A DNA stretch of 64,000 nt from assembly GCF_964204645.1 (NCBI RefSeq), contig NC_134035.1:8092451-8156450 (forward strand), read 5' to 3'. The DNA is from Tubulanus polymorphus. Taxonomy: Eukaryota; Animalia; Nemertea. Positions within the stretch are counted from its first letter, which is position 1, and every line of letters begins with the position of its first letter. Under the pieces are notes generated by a model. It saw nothing but the letters and a program-made list of their open reading frames with translations. It was not told the origin of the DNA and did not search any database. The position numbers and the translations under genes were made by a program. Shown one piece after another: positions 52,582-64,000 of the stretch.

Positions 52582-55500
52582 TCACAGAGGATCTTTATTA
52601 ACCGACAGGATTGCGAACGTTGATTTATCGACTATAACCGGTGAATCGGTGCGACTTGAAACCGACGTCGTCGATGGAATCAGTTGACTGCCCTGTTTTT
52701 GCCACATATCAATAGCTCGATTAACGACCGCATCAGCCGTATCGACACTCATCTGAAAATAGTAAAAATATTACATTTCAATGGATGGGGAATCGATGAT
52801 GGTAAACTTCAGTGTTCTAAAAGAATGTAAAAATGAACTAAAATTATATGAATAGATGTAACTATTTAATGCATGTAATCCTACTACAAATATACTGCAG
52901 AACAGTACCTCAAGCAAACGTCTGACGATCGCTGCTACATAAAAATTACCAAATTTAAACTAGTTGATTATGGTCCCAAATGCTGGGAAAACACATCTGA
53001 GCATCAACTAGAAATATAACATTTTTCGAACTCCCCGGACCCCCATTCCTGATGTGGGCTCGTGCCTTCGGTGCTCGTTTTCTGAGCACCGCCATGTTTT
53101 AATTTCAACCCAGCGAGAACACTGAACTTAATAACATTTCATCCATAAATCCCCATTTGACATCATGAATTTATCCGTGATGACATCAAATGTGGTACCG
53201 GCAATGCTACTACTAGGGCGAACAAAATTCCATCAAAATCTGCCAGGTTTGCTACTTCTTTAAACTCAATTAAAATCTAACGATCATTTCTCGAATTCTA
53301 TACATGATGTACATAAAACATGCCATGTATGAACTTCGAATCTACGCTTATCTAGAAGCATGATTTGCCTAGATTCCTAGATGACTGGAAATTGAGATCA
53401 TTTAAGTAAACTAAACATGAACTAAATGTAGTTTGTGATCAAGCATATACCGAATTGATTACCGGTTTATTTAGCTTTGATTCCGATGTCTTTTTAATAA
53501 ACACACATTCCCGATGGAACAAAGAAAACCAAAATTCTTAAAATACCAATCATTCAATTCAGACATTCATAGATTATTGTGTACGGTAAGTTGCATCTCA
53601 TAATTACTAATAGTACCTTTTGTAGAAAGCTAACAATACTGTTTGAATCAGTCATCGACAGCAGCGATCTTTTATGCGTCAGAAACAGCGAAACTGCTAC
53701 AAACGCGAGTACTGTGAACGAACCAGCTATCACTTTATCCCAAATACTAGAAAACAGAAACGCAAAACACAATTAGATCAGGAATAGCCTTGTCCTAGTC
53801 ATATGGACAGCGGTTGGCTCTAGGAACACTTCAAAACCATACCACTGATCATTTTGAACCTCGTACCTTTCAAAGCTGCTTTCGGGAAGGATGTTAGCGA
53901 ACGCGCAACGAAACCACATGTCCAGCGGTAGTTTTTCGAATAATCGATGAGCTGACAAATGATTGACGATTCGGCCGTCTTTGTCCTCTTTTTTCAGATA
54001 TTGATCAGTCTGCTCGATCTAACAATGAGGGAAAAACTTCAATTCAGAGGATCATAAAATCAAAAGTCCTTAAAGCTGACTACTACAATGGCGAGATATC
54101 TCAGTGTGGCCACTTTTATTTGACTCCCTTTTTCCCCTGGACTATTCCCAGACATGCGCATTGTTTTCCCTGACTTGATCTGCTAGGAATCCAATCAATC
54201 AACACAGTCAATTACGTAAGACATAGATGGAAACTGTTTGATTTTATGCACATGAATACGTGAACACATGAATACATGTATACATGAATACGTGTACAGC
54301 AATCGCATTAATTATCCCCGACTTATTCGTGAGTCTACATATATCATCTTTAATAAAAGAGTGTTTCTTAATCCACCGTAAAAATGCAGTTTTAATTGTC
54401 AACTCTCCACTGGTTAACTCTAACCAACTATCGAGAAACTTCTACCTCCAGGTATTTAACCTCAGCAGTTCGGATCTTCCTACTTACCAAACTAGGGAAA
54501 AGATGTCGCGATTTCATGATGTGTTTGTGGAGTTTGTAAGACAGCCAGAATCGTTCGGCCTTTGCCTCACAGATCTCGCCCGTACCGGTGGCGATGTGAA
54601 CGAACGCTTGATTTTCGGGCGATGACATCTGTAACATAGACGAGCTATAAAGTCAAAAGCGAACCAAACAATGAGCATCGGAAAAAGTAAAATCTAAAGC
54701 AAGCGTAAAAGTCTGTCGTTCCATTTTAATATTTGGATAAACGAAATAATTCAATTTGAATATTTTTTATTGATATTTTAGGATATTTTTTTCGGTTTTA
54801 ATACTACTCACCAGATGGCGATGATCAAAGGGTAGAATACCGTCCTCGACTAAGTAAACTTTGAGGAAAACCTCCGGTTCGGGAGCGTGTTCCGACACTA
54901 CTTGCGTAACTTGTAGACAGCGCAGTAATTCATTATACTGTTCACTTCGCTGAGTCATAGCGAATTCGTGCACCTCTTGATGCGCGGGTAACACACCTAC
55001 AACAACAGATAACATTCAATAACCATAACGAAGTGGCTACTTTATCGACGTCGTAAATTCTACTTTTACAATGGTTTATATCGAATTTGATTGATTATTA
55101 TGGTCTTGAGGGTGAGAAGAGGGTCCAGAGGCTTAGGTTTCCGTTTCACAATTAGGGATAGGGTTAGGGTAAGGTTGAGTGCTATACGTAGTTAAAACAT
55201 TTGGTGGATTCTCAGCGAGCTCGTTGATCTGGAGGGGACATGTTACGTTTGCAATCTGCTGGCCCAGGTTTCGCTCTCGATCTATTTTCTCTAACTGTGT
55301 TCTACACATTTTCTTCGAATTTTCTCTGTCGCGCGCCTCAGAGTGCATGAGCAACGTGAATTGGCCAATCAGAATGAAACGTTGTAAATATAACTGGTGT
55401 TGTCCGTCTACGCGATATAGTAAAAATAGCCTGAGCGAATTCATTAACTCAACAACTGATCAACCTGATTCAGACTATTCGCACCGACGGACAGAGAGTC

Positions 55501-55786
55501 TGATCATTTTGTCTCACTTCCTTTAAAAATCATTTCATCACATTGCTGATTGAGCGGTCAATAAAGTTAATTTGAATTGAATTGTCTTACCGAGCAGCAC
55601 TTTCCAGGCTAAAATCCGATATACAACAGGCACTGGGAATCTCAGACTGAACTGGCACAGTTTTGTCAGATCGAGCGGTTGTTCCTTCAGCAGTATTTCA
55701 AGCGACTTTTTTTCTTCGACGCCGCGAAAGCCGACTTTTTCATAATATTGCGAACGAAAATTGCGCTCAGAGACATCGGCCGCCAT
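52582..55786 (-). CDS. TBC1D7: TBC1 domain family member 7 (TSC complex subunit), 6 coding exons
   Basis: Exons 55786-55591, 54996-54812, 54628-54488, 54018-53867, 53746-53617, 52752-52582. The N-terminus [33 protein letters not shown] and the motifs WF.CAFA.ILPESS and IWDKVIAGS are characteristic of TBC1D7. Confidence 0.95.
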
Positions 55787-56295
55787 GTTGTTTACTAATG
55801 GAAACCGGAAGTTAGCAAGTTCAAATTAGTTTTTATTGCGAAAACAAAAAAATATATTGGCCTGCCCATACTTTATTTTACACTGATTCCGGAAATGCAA
55901 AATCTGTTAAGTGAAATCAACAAGAGATAAGATCGGTTATTTTAATCTAGACCTGCAGGTGCTGCCTTCTATAGCCATTGCTGTTTAAAAAAATGCCTAT
56001 CAATGCCCAAAAGGCCTTCAAAATACATCAATCTTCAAAATGCATCGATAATTTATTCGTTGGTATGGTATTTTTTACAGAATGGGGTTATTCTTTAATT
56101 TGTCTCATCTTAAACTCAAAATCTACAGGTATTAGAGGGAAAACACACAATTTACAGATGTTGTTATAACATTATAAATGTAGAGAATTTACAAATTCGA
56201 TACAAAAAACTTGTTTAAATGAACAAACAGCAATAACATAGTAACTAATTTGGACTATCTATCTATGTCATTATCATTTTCTATAGGTTATTGAG

Positions 56296-56442
56296 CTGCC
56301 ACCTGGCGATAAAAATGTCTACTACATTTTTATGAATGAAGCCGCTGGTCACGTGACACGCGGTGTGGTTCATTCATAAAAATGGAATGCGTTGAGAAAC
56401 TGAATGAACGAACACAATGCCCATTCATGATGAATGACGTCA
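56296..56442. promoter_or_regulatory. Motif cluster in the TBC1D7 / TNFR-like divergent promoter (CTCF-like, CLEAR/E-box, CRE)
   Basis: CTGCCACCTGGCG 56296-56308, GTCACGTGAC 56348-56357, TGACGTCA 56435-56442; also ETS-like CCGGAAGT at 55805-55812 just upstream of the TBC1D7 ATG. Confidence 0.5.
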
Positions 56443-57058
56443 GTTTCTAGTTTAGTAACTTGCCCGAACTTGTCGAGTTGCACGCCGGCTACATATACGG
56501 ATATTGCTTCATCACACCTGTTTATATCGGCGAGGAAAGATAGTCAGTAGACTGAAAAGAATTGTCGAGAAGAAACGAAGTTATAGCCCTTAATTGATTC
56601 GAAGAAAACGTAAAAAATCTCAGGTAATTTGCTGCAGCTTCGAAACCTTATTTGGAAACAACAAAGACCGGTTGCAATAATGACATACTCTGATATCTAA
56701 TAGTAATGTACTGAACGTTTTAAGGACGTTTTTATAGCATCCGAAAAGTGAGCAAAAACGGTCACTGACAAAAGTTGACCAAGTTGTCAGTAAAAGGCTT
56801 ATGGCGTCAATTTATGACAATTTTACTGACTGCAGTTGGGTGCACTGAAATGAAAAGATGTAAGAAACAACTTATCATAATTTTGCTTTGGTACAATTGG
56901 TCCCTGAGCCAACGCAAAAAAAACTACTGAAAGCAGCAAATAGTCTGATCATTACTTGACCTTTTTAGGAACCGTTTAAAAAAGTAACACAATGACTGGC
57001 GATAACAAGAAAAACATAATATTTTACTATTTGGTGATGATATTTCAATTTTTTTAGG

Positions 57059-59135
57059 ATGAAGCAGTCTTCGAGGTATTTTCTGATATGCGTATTGTTG
57101 CTCGGTGTGGCGTTCACGAGCACCCGATCATCCACAACTCCGGTTGGTAAAAAAGCCGAAAATTCATCGTTGGACATCGTCGCCGACGATCGGGAGAAAA
57201 TGGACGACAGCCGCGGCGTAGAACCGGTTAAAATTCCGCGGTGTCCGACCGGCTATTACTTCAACGTGAACGAGCGAATCTGTAAGAATTGCACGACGTG
57301 CGGAATTCACGATATTCTGAATAATCTGTGCGCTACGTGCGGTCGTGCTTACCACCTGACGCTGAAATTCTTCCGCAAAGATAACGCGAACGAGGATTCG
57401 TCGGTCGACGGCGGCTCGGCCGGGCGAACGAAGGAGAACGACGACAGTCGAATTTATCGATTCGTCGTCGGTGATGATACCGATGATGAGGATGACGATA
57501 CAACCATAGGTGAGTCCTCATTGAAGATTCGGTCAGATGAGATTTTAAAGATTGTTCCCCGCAGAAGTCCCCCTACTCCCTTTGGAAAACTTAAAAATAT
57601 CAAAATAATACTTGCCAGTGCGGAGATATTTAAAAATTTGATATGATTTACCTCTAATCCTGGAAGTTCATGGCTGTATTGGTTGGGATGTTTATTGCTT
57701 TAGAAGCACCAGTCACAATAATATGCGCATGCTTCCGAAACTTCGTTGATTTTGAGGCCAAACTGTTGGAAAACCACAAATATGAGTCTTGAATTAGAAA
57801 TTGCTTCTTTTAGCATCTCATTTTCAAAAATTCTCTGCACAAGTCGTGTACCTCACGTAAAAATCAACCCCCCTCACGAAGACAGGGCTTGCTACAGTCC
57901 CGCAGTTATTTTATTCAGAGCTAATGTTTGAAGTTTAGAATACTAACTGATGTATAAGACTTCGTTTTATTTATCAAACTTTAATCTTTTCCAGATGTTT
58001 TGCCGACGAGTAATGACACATTCTGGAAGAGATTTTCGATGTGTCTGATCGGTATTTTGGCGTGCGTTATGGTTCTGTTCGTGTTGTTCGTCATCGTCGC
58101 TTGCCGTAGAGATGTCGCTGAATTGCGGGCGAAATCAAATACGATCGGTAAATAATTTTTTGTTTATAGACGATGCCGGTTAAACCACCGGGCTACCCCT
58201 ACGGATATTTCATTCCGCAGATGCAGTATCTGTATATTTTTGTTTTGGAACTAGTCAAAAATTAACCCTTGATGTACACCGCCAAAATCCTAAATCACCT
58301 AAACTATTTGTACCTAATTTAGACAGTTTTCTAAAGAAATGATTAAATTTTTCGTCTGCAATATATCGCAGAATAGGGAAGTAGAATAGTAGAATAGTTA
58401 ACTATTCTAAAAGAAATGTAAGGATAGTAGAATAGGGGAGTAGAATAGTAGAATAGTAGAATAGTTAACTATTCTAAAAGAAATGTAAAGATAGTAGAAT
58501 AGGGGAGTAGAATAGTAGAATAGTAGAATAGTTAACTATTCTAAAAGATATGTAAAGATAGTAGAATAGGGAAGTAGAATAGTAGAATAGTTAACTATAC
58601 AACTATAATAAGATCCCGCACCATTTGACATAATGAAATGACATTGAAATGTATTGTCGCACCGAATGATAATCGTGTTTCTTCTTGTTCTGTAGAGTTA
58701 TTGAGCAGTAGAGCGAGGCTGTTTTCGAGAGATTGCGTGTTGAACGAGTACGTATTGAATCAGCAGCTATTGCTTCCGTCATCCGCCATCACATCCGGCG
58801 ATAAACAACAACCCGAAATCCGTATCGCGCCCGACGGCACTCAGTTCATCGACGAGATATTCACGCAGGAAGACAGCGCCGGTAAACGCGTCGCGACGGC
58901 GTTCCGTCTGCCGTTGCTAGACGACGAGCGGGCGAATGAAGGCGCCGGTGATGAGAACGATACGAACGCCGGGCGGGCCGGTAGAACGAGCTCGCTGTGG
59001 ACGGAGATGAACTATAAAACGAATCAATCTCTGCAGAAGATCGATCTCGGTAACGTTACTCCTTCGCGGAGTCGCCCAGCGTCGGCCATCTTGCCGTCGA
59101 CATCGCGACTGGGCAACGCTCCGTCGCCGGTCTAA
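57059..59135 (+). CDS. Type I membrane protein with one BCMA/TACI-like cysteine-rich domain (TNF-receptor-like), about 347 aa
   Basis: Exons 57059-57509, 57995-58147, 58696-59135 join in phase 1. Signal peptide MKQSSRYFLICVLLLGVAFT, cysteine cluster CPTGYYFNVNERICKNCTTCGIHDILNNLCATC, acidic stalk, TM segment FSMCLIGILACVMVLFVLFVIVAC followed by RR, cytoplasmic tail ending SPV*. A probable 5' UTR exon ends at the donor after 56623. Confidence 0.75.
58370..58597. repeat. Minisatellite of about 60-67 bp x about 3.5, built on an AGTAGAAT subunit
   Basis: GAATAGGG(G/A)AGTAGAATAGTAGAATAGTTAACTATTCTAAAAGA.ATGTAA.GATAGTA repeated. Confidence 0.9.
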
Positions 59136-59628
59136 TCGAGTTGCTTCCATATTAATGTCTCGCTGGCTGTGCATGCATTTTCAAATTGTATACTATGGCT
59201 TTCACCGAATCATTCCATTAAAAACATTTTGCTCGCAGTTTTAAACTGGTCTGTCTGTCGAGTCAAGTAACGAGTCCGATATACGTCTCAGTCTGGTACA
59301 GGTGTTGATCGTTTGAAAAACAAAAAATGATGTATGCATTTCATACGAGATTGATAGTATTTTTTTGTAAGATCTTTGATGAAAAACTGTACGTTTTATA
59401 ATGAGTCGGTTTAGTACAGATCGGCTATCACAGCTATTGTTAGTTAGTTTTAGAGAAAAGATTTAGTGTTTTTCTACGCGCGTATCAATGCAATACATTA
59501 TAGTCAATATATCGAATGACGTGGGTTAGTTAATACCAGTTTGAAATCCAGTTCGTGAAATACTTTCGATTCGTTGCGATTATTTCGGTACGTTAGCTTT
59601 CTGACCGAAGGCAGCTTCGCGTTGCGTC

Positions 59629-59896
59629 TTAACCCTTAGGTGCTGACTGATAGATTAATCCCCGAAAGATTTGGACATAATTTGAGAATTAAAAAAGAAA
59701 TATTCAACCCCAGAGTTTTGAATAAGGAGCATAACCGCTTAAGTGCAACTGTGTATCGTTAGTTATTAATATTTCACTATGTTTGACTGGTGCTGCCATC
59801 TTTCAATAGAGATAAAAGCTAATTTTATACACAGTCATTTGATGCACTCACAAAGTCCATCACCGCACTATCGAGTAGACATGCTGAAAGGGTTAA
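59629..59896. mobile_element. piggyBac-type MITE (family A), diverged copy 7
   Basis: TTAA CCCTTAGGTG ... CTGAAAGGG TTAA with the shared core GTGTATCGTTAGTTA.TAATATTTCACTATGTTTGAC.GGTGCTGCCATCTTTCAA. Confidence 0.8.
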
Positions 59897-61610
59897 GGGG
59901 CGTAGTCAGTCTTCATATTTTCTGATATCACCGACACGATGGACGAACTCGGGTTTATACGAACTTGACTAATGTGTTCATGGAGTACTGTAAATCTCCT
60001 TTAACAAGGGAAAGAATATAGAATGTACTGATTCAGTCTGCCTGAATGTACCCATGTTAGAAGTGGTTTAGCCTTAAGTTGGATCTCGAACTGAGGCGGA
60101 AGGGGTGAGGAATCGTGGTTTATTTGAGTTTTGTTCGTTTTATTCATGAATTATATAGTATCTTTTGTTGTTGTTTTTATGACGTATTTATTTCGAAAGC
60201 GTAGCTTTGTATAAATTACCACTAGTAGTATTTAGCTTTAAAATTGTAAATAATCGACGCGAAATGTAGTTAGATTAAACATTAATGAAAATGACGATGT
60301 TTTGTATAACGAATTATGAAGTTAGTTGATTGACGCATTCGCTGCCAAAAGCTGGTCTATACTGACGGGACGGGCTGGTAGAACCCAACTAGATATTGTC
60401 TGGCAGCAGGCCTACAGAGCAAAATGATTGATCAAGCACCTTGGGGTTTTGGTGCGAAGTAATTTCTATTCATAATTACAATCCGACTGCAAAGCTATTG
60501 GTAGCGAATGGGTTCATGATCAGACTACATTGATAGAAGGTGCGTTAACTGAAACTATGGCTGCCAAAGCATTTTACTATACATATGTAATCTTTAATTA
60601 AACGACTGTGCTATATAATGTATAGCCGTTTCATTATAAAGTTTGTGAGCGTATGCAAGGGCTTACTTGAAATCAAGTGAACAATTTGATTAATTTTCTC
60701 ACAATTTTCAGCGATCACATGTATGTATTTTTCATTGTATATTATTACGCATTTTGAATTTACTGCATTTTGTATTTGTATACGACACACTGTTTCGAGA
60801 ATTTGTGTACACATTGCTTTTTGAGATAAAAATATATTATTTGGAGTTTCTTCATTAAATCGTAGACTTATTGTTGTCATTTGTTGATGAGGGTCTCGTT
60901 CTTCAGAAGTGGAGTAGCGTCAGTTGGACTGAAAAACAGGGGCGGCTCTAGGAACATTTGAAGGAGGGGTCCACAAGAAAGGAAAAGACATTTGTTGGAT
61001 AAAGCAGCCATGCTTCTATCTTAAACTTCCCACCCTCATCCAGGCCTACAATAATGAATGATATTGGTTTGGTGTAGGTTCCACTTCAGTTTTTAGGCGA
61101 GACATTGCCACTATGAGAACTTTTTGACAAGAAAACCGCATCCATGATCCTTCTTGGCTTCCAACCTATCAACATTTTCTGAACTTCACCAGTCCAGACA
61201 AACTAAGGCAGGCTTCAAGATTGGAGAAATCTTTTTTTTTAAATTCTTGATTTGTCCCAACACCGTATAACAAGGGTACACTGTATTCTAATCTGTAACA
61301 GAGTTATGAAACCTATGACTATTATGTAAATCATATGATAGCCACATGTATTCTAAAACTATACATATATTTCTGGCAAACAAGGAATCCATATTCTTTA
61401 TGCAAAATTATTGACTTTATTACACAATATTTATTACAAATAATTTTGAAGTAACAATCAAAATGCTAAATGCATGTACGGTATTCGGCCAGTACCACAA
61501 TAAGTTCGGCACAAGCTTTGCTTCATTGTTTAACACGATCGAACATAATGTTTAAATCATCAGTACGCTTTAAACTGAAAGTTCATACTGATAGCGATTG
61601 GTGATGCTTT

Positions 61611-63505
61611 TTAATCGTAAGCTAGACGGAAGTTTTTTTCCTGTTCGATACGTCGGGTCTCGGCCAACTTTGAAATTTCATCCACTTTTCGTTGCAGCAT
61701 AGCTGAAAAACATAGAAAAGCGCGATAAAAATTGTATCATTTTGTCGGAAATTGCATCGAACAGATGCCATCAATAGTGATTATAAAGGCTCACCTGAAT
61801 TTTGGTCCACCCACTGTAGTGAATCCATATGAGCATTTAATATCCGAGCTATTTGATAAATCTGAAAAATAGGAATTGGTTTTGATTATGAGTCTATGGA
61901 TCCCAGGAACAATATGAAGTGATTCACTATCGTGGAAATACAAAATAAAAACATAGACTTAATGAATATCATTCCAAAATTCAAAACGTGTTAAGGAGTT
62001 TAGTGCTAATTCTTAAATTCAAAAAGTTGATAAGAGGTTTTTGAAAATATTTTTTTTCTGAATCTTGCAGAGTTTTCGAGGAATCAATGAGTAGTATTGA
62101 TGGCTGTTACTGTATAGTACCCCGGTATGTTAGTAGTTTTATGTCGGGTATCTATTCCTGAATAAATAAGCTACAGAAATACTTCGCAAATCAGCAGAAT
62201 GAACGGTAATGCTTACTGGATCACTGGAGTCTTGGCTGGAGTTCGACGTATTCAAATGTTCCACGATTTCCTTCAAGTCTCCGACCATTCGCTTCAATTG
62301 CGCATCTATATTTTCTGCCAGTTGATACCTAAAAGAAAGTCGGGTGAATGAAATTATTCCGGCCAGATCGTAAATTACTGATGTGAAATCTTGTTGCGTA
62401 ACAAATAATAATCCATCGGTCTTATCTTGAACTACAGTACATGCCAGAGAGCTAGGCAAATAGAGGTTGTGCAGCCATATTCCTCTTTTACTTGACTTTA
62501 AAAATTTATTTACATGACAAACCGTCCCTCAGTCCTCAAATTAGCCGCCATCACATAGAGACGATCTAATTAGAGAGCGTGTTCATGCGTAAATCACCCA
62601 CTCGATACTAAACAATGCTTAAACAAGGCAAAGTGAGTCACTTCCGGAACCAGTTGCAATTCAGATGCAATAATTTGAACTATGTTGAGATTTGGCTCGG
62701 GCCTGGTCCGACGATAGGTCCGATAACAGGCATGGGCCCATTTGGCACCATTTCTCAAAATCAGATATGATTTGGGTTCTTTGATTAGAAGTAGTTAGGA
62801 GTAGAATCAACAAGTAGAATGAGAATCATCGTTCATATTTTTTCCTTACGTGTGTTCGCGTTCTAAATCGGCGTGTTGCGAGTAGCCGATCGGCGGCAGT
62901 TCTTCGACAGCTTTCTCAATCGGCGTCAGCATCTCTTCCAATTCCTTCTGTTGCGATTGTATGAAATCGAGTTCGTGATCGAGTCGTTTCTGGTCGTGTT
63001 TGACTTTCTCGACGTCGATGTTCAACTGCGTTATCTACGGAAGTCGTAATCGAGAACACGAATAATTAGACTAAATCATGATGATAAGCGATTGAAAAAT
63101 AAATACCTCTTATCATTCTTCCAAAACGAATACAAATTTTTCATGTACAGAGCGATTGATGTTTTACTCATAAAAATGTTCAAAGGAGCTAGCGCGCTCT
63201 TTCGAATAAAAAAGTCTTAAAATCTTTTTGAAAATTAACTGTTTTTCACAACGAATAATCAAGTGTTTAGTGGCACGATCTGGTAAATGCTGGTACCCCG
63301 CTGACTTTCAAACGAAATGCCAGAACAACGAATAAAATTCACCTTATCGCCATTTTCGATAAGCAGACGATCCCAAGCGTTGACCTGCGTAGCTTGTTGT
63401 AAAAACATCTTCTCCTGTTCTTCCAGTTCGAGCGTCCACTTATTGATCGCTTCTTCCAACTGTCGATAGTTCATGGCCGGTAGAGGCTGAGCTGTCGAAG
63501 CGGTT
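61611..63505 (-). CDS. NUP62: Nucleoporin Nup62, C-terminal coiled-coil exons (5' FG part lies beyond the window)
   Basis: Exons 63505-63343, 63034-62850, 62328-62217, 61861-61795, 61702-61611 give MNYRQLEEAINKWTLELEEQEK..QATQVNAWDRLLIENGDK, RLDHELDFIQSQQKELEE, YQLAENIDAQLKRM, ILNAHMDSLQWVDQNS, the Nsp1/Nup62 C-terminal domain. Confidence 0.95.
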
Positions 63506-64000
63506 CTGAAAAAAATTACGACGTATCGGTATCAACTCCTTCCATAGAGATCATTCATTTATTACGTACGCATAAAGTCTTCATTTTCAATTTACTGTCT
63601 GATGTTCTGAATTTCAGGTTTTTCAATTAGGAAAACATAAGTGCAGGGCTGCCTTCATCTGAAAAGTGCTATCACTAACAAATTGAATCTCTTTCAGTAG
63701 CGTTTCATTGGAATGTGAAAGAAAACATTCAAATCAATCAGTAATCAACAGTTAGATCCTTAGTAACATCTTTCATATTTCGGTAATGCTTCAAACAAAT
63801 CAAATCAGTATTTCTCATTACAAAATAGCAACAAATACTGAAAATGAGGAACAGTTGGCGGCTCTGTAAATGGCGTTTCGTTCACTTGCCTTTCAGCGAT
63901 GCCAGACTATATACCTGATATCTGTAGAAGTTTTCATGAAAAATTAGGTTAATTGGACATAAGAATAGTAGCTTCAATCGAAAATGAACTCGAAATTATT

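Noticed and set aside
53151-53195. Short hairpin with TGATGA in a TBC1D7 intron (snoRNA or miRNA?)
   Set aside because: TGATGA is antisense to the host gene, there is no suitably placed D box, and the stem is too short.

Overview
AT-rich, intron-rich animal genomic DNA, probably from a marine invertebrate (inferred from gene content and CpG-rich exons; species not determinable). It is not prokaryotic, so the ORF track is mostly exon fragments or noise. I assembled six genes by hand from GT-AG junctions: DCAF7/WDR68 (+, 8 coding exons), MYG1 (-, 8 exons), LOXHD1 (+, about 45 exons, 17 PLAT repeats by my count), TBC1D7 (-, 6 exons), an unnamed single-CRD TNF-receptor-like type I membrane protein (+, 3 coding exons) and the 3' part of NUP62 (-). 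Introns and UTRs contain many short non-autonomous transposons. The best find is a 276-bp TSD-flanked non-LTR element in a LOXHD1 intron (45888-46163). Its 5' end folds as a 54-nt minimal HDV-like self-cleaving ribozyme, sense to the host pre-mRNA, followed by a 57-codon zinc-knuckle ORF and a (TAAA)n tail. Other points: Penelope-type palindromes with degenerate hammerhead cores; candidate LOXHD1 microexons near TGCATG (RBFOX) clusters; an N-terminal YNPLHDPHL motif plus an upstream X-box suggesting a ciliary LOXHD1; an upstream MYG1 exon resembling a mitochondrial targeting peptide; and a CLEAR/E-box inside a hairpin in the TBC1D7 divergent promoter. No searches were run; family assignments come from recall and hand inspection.
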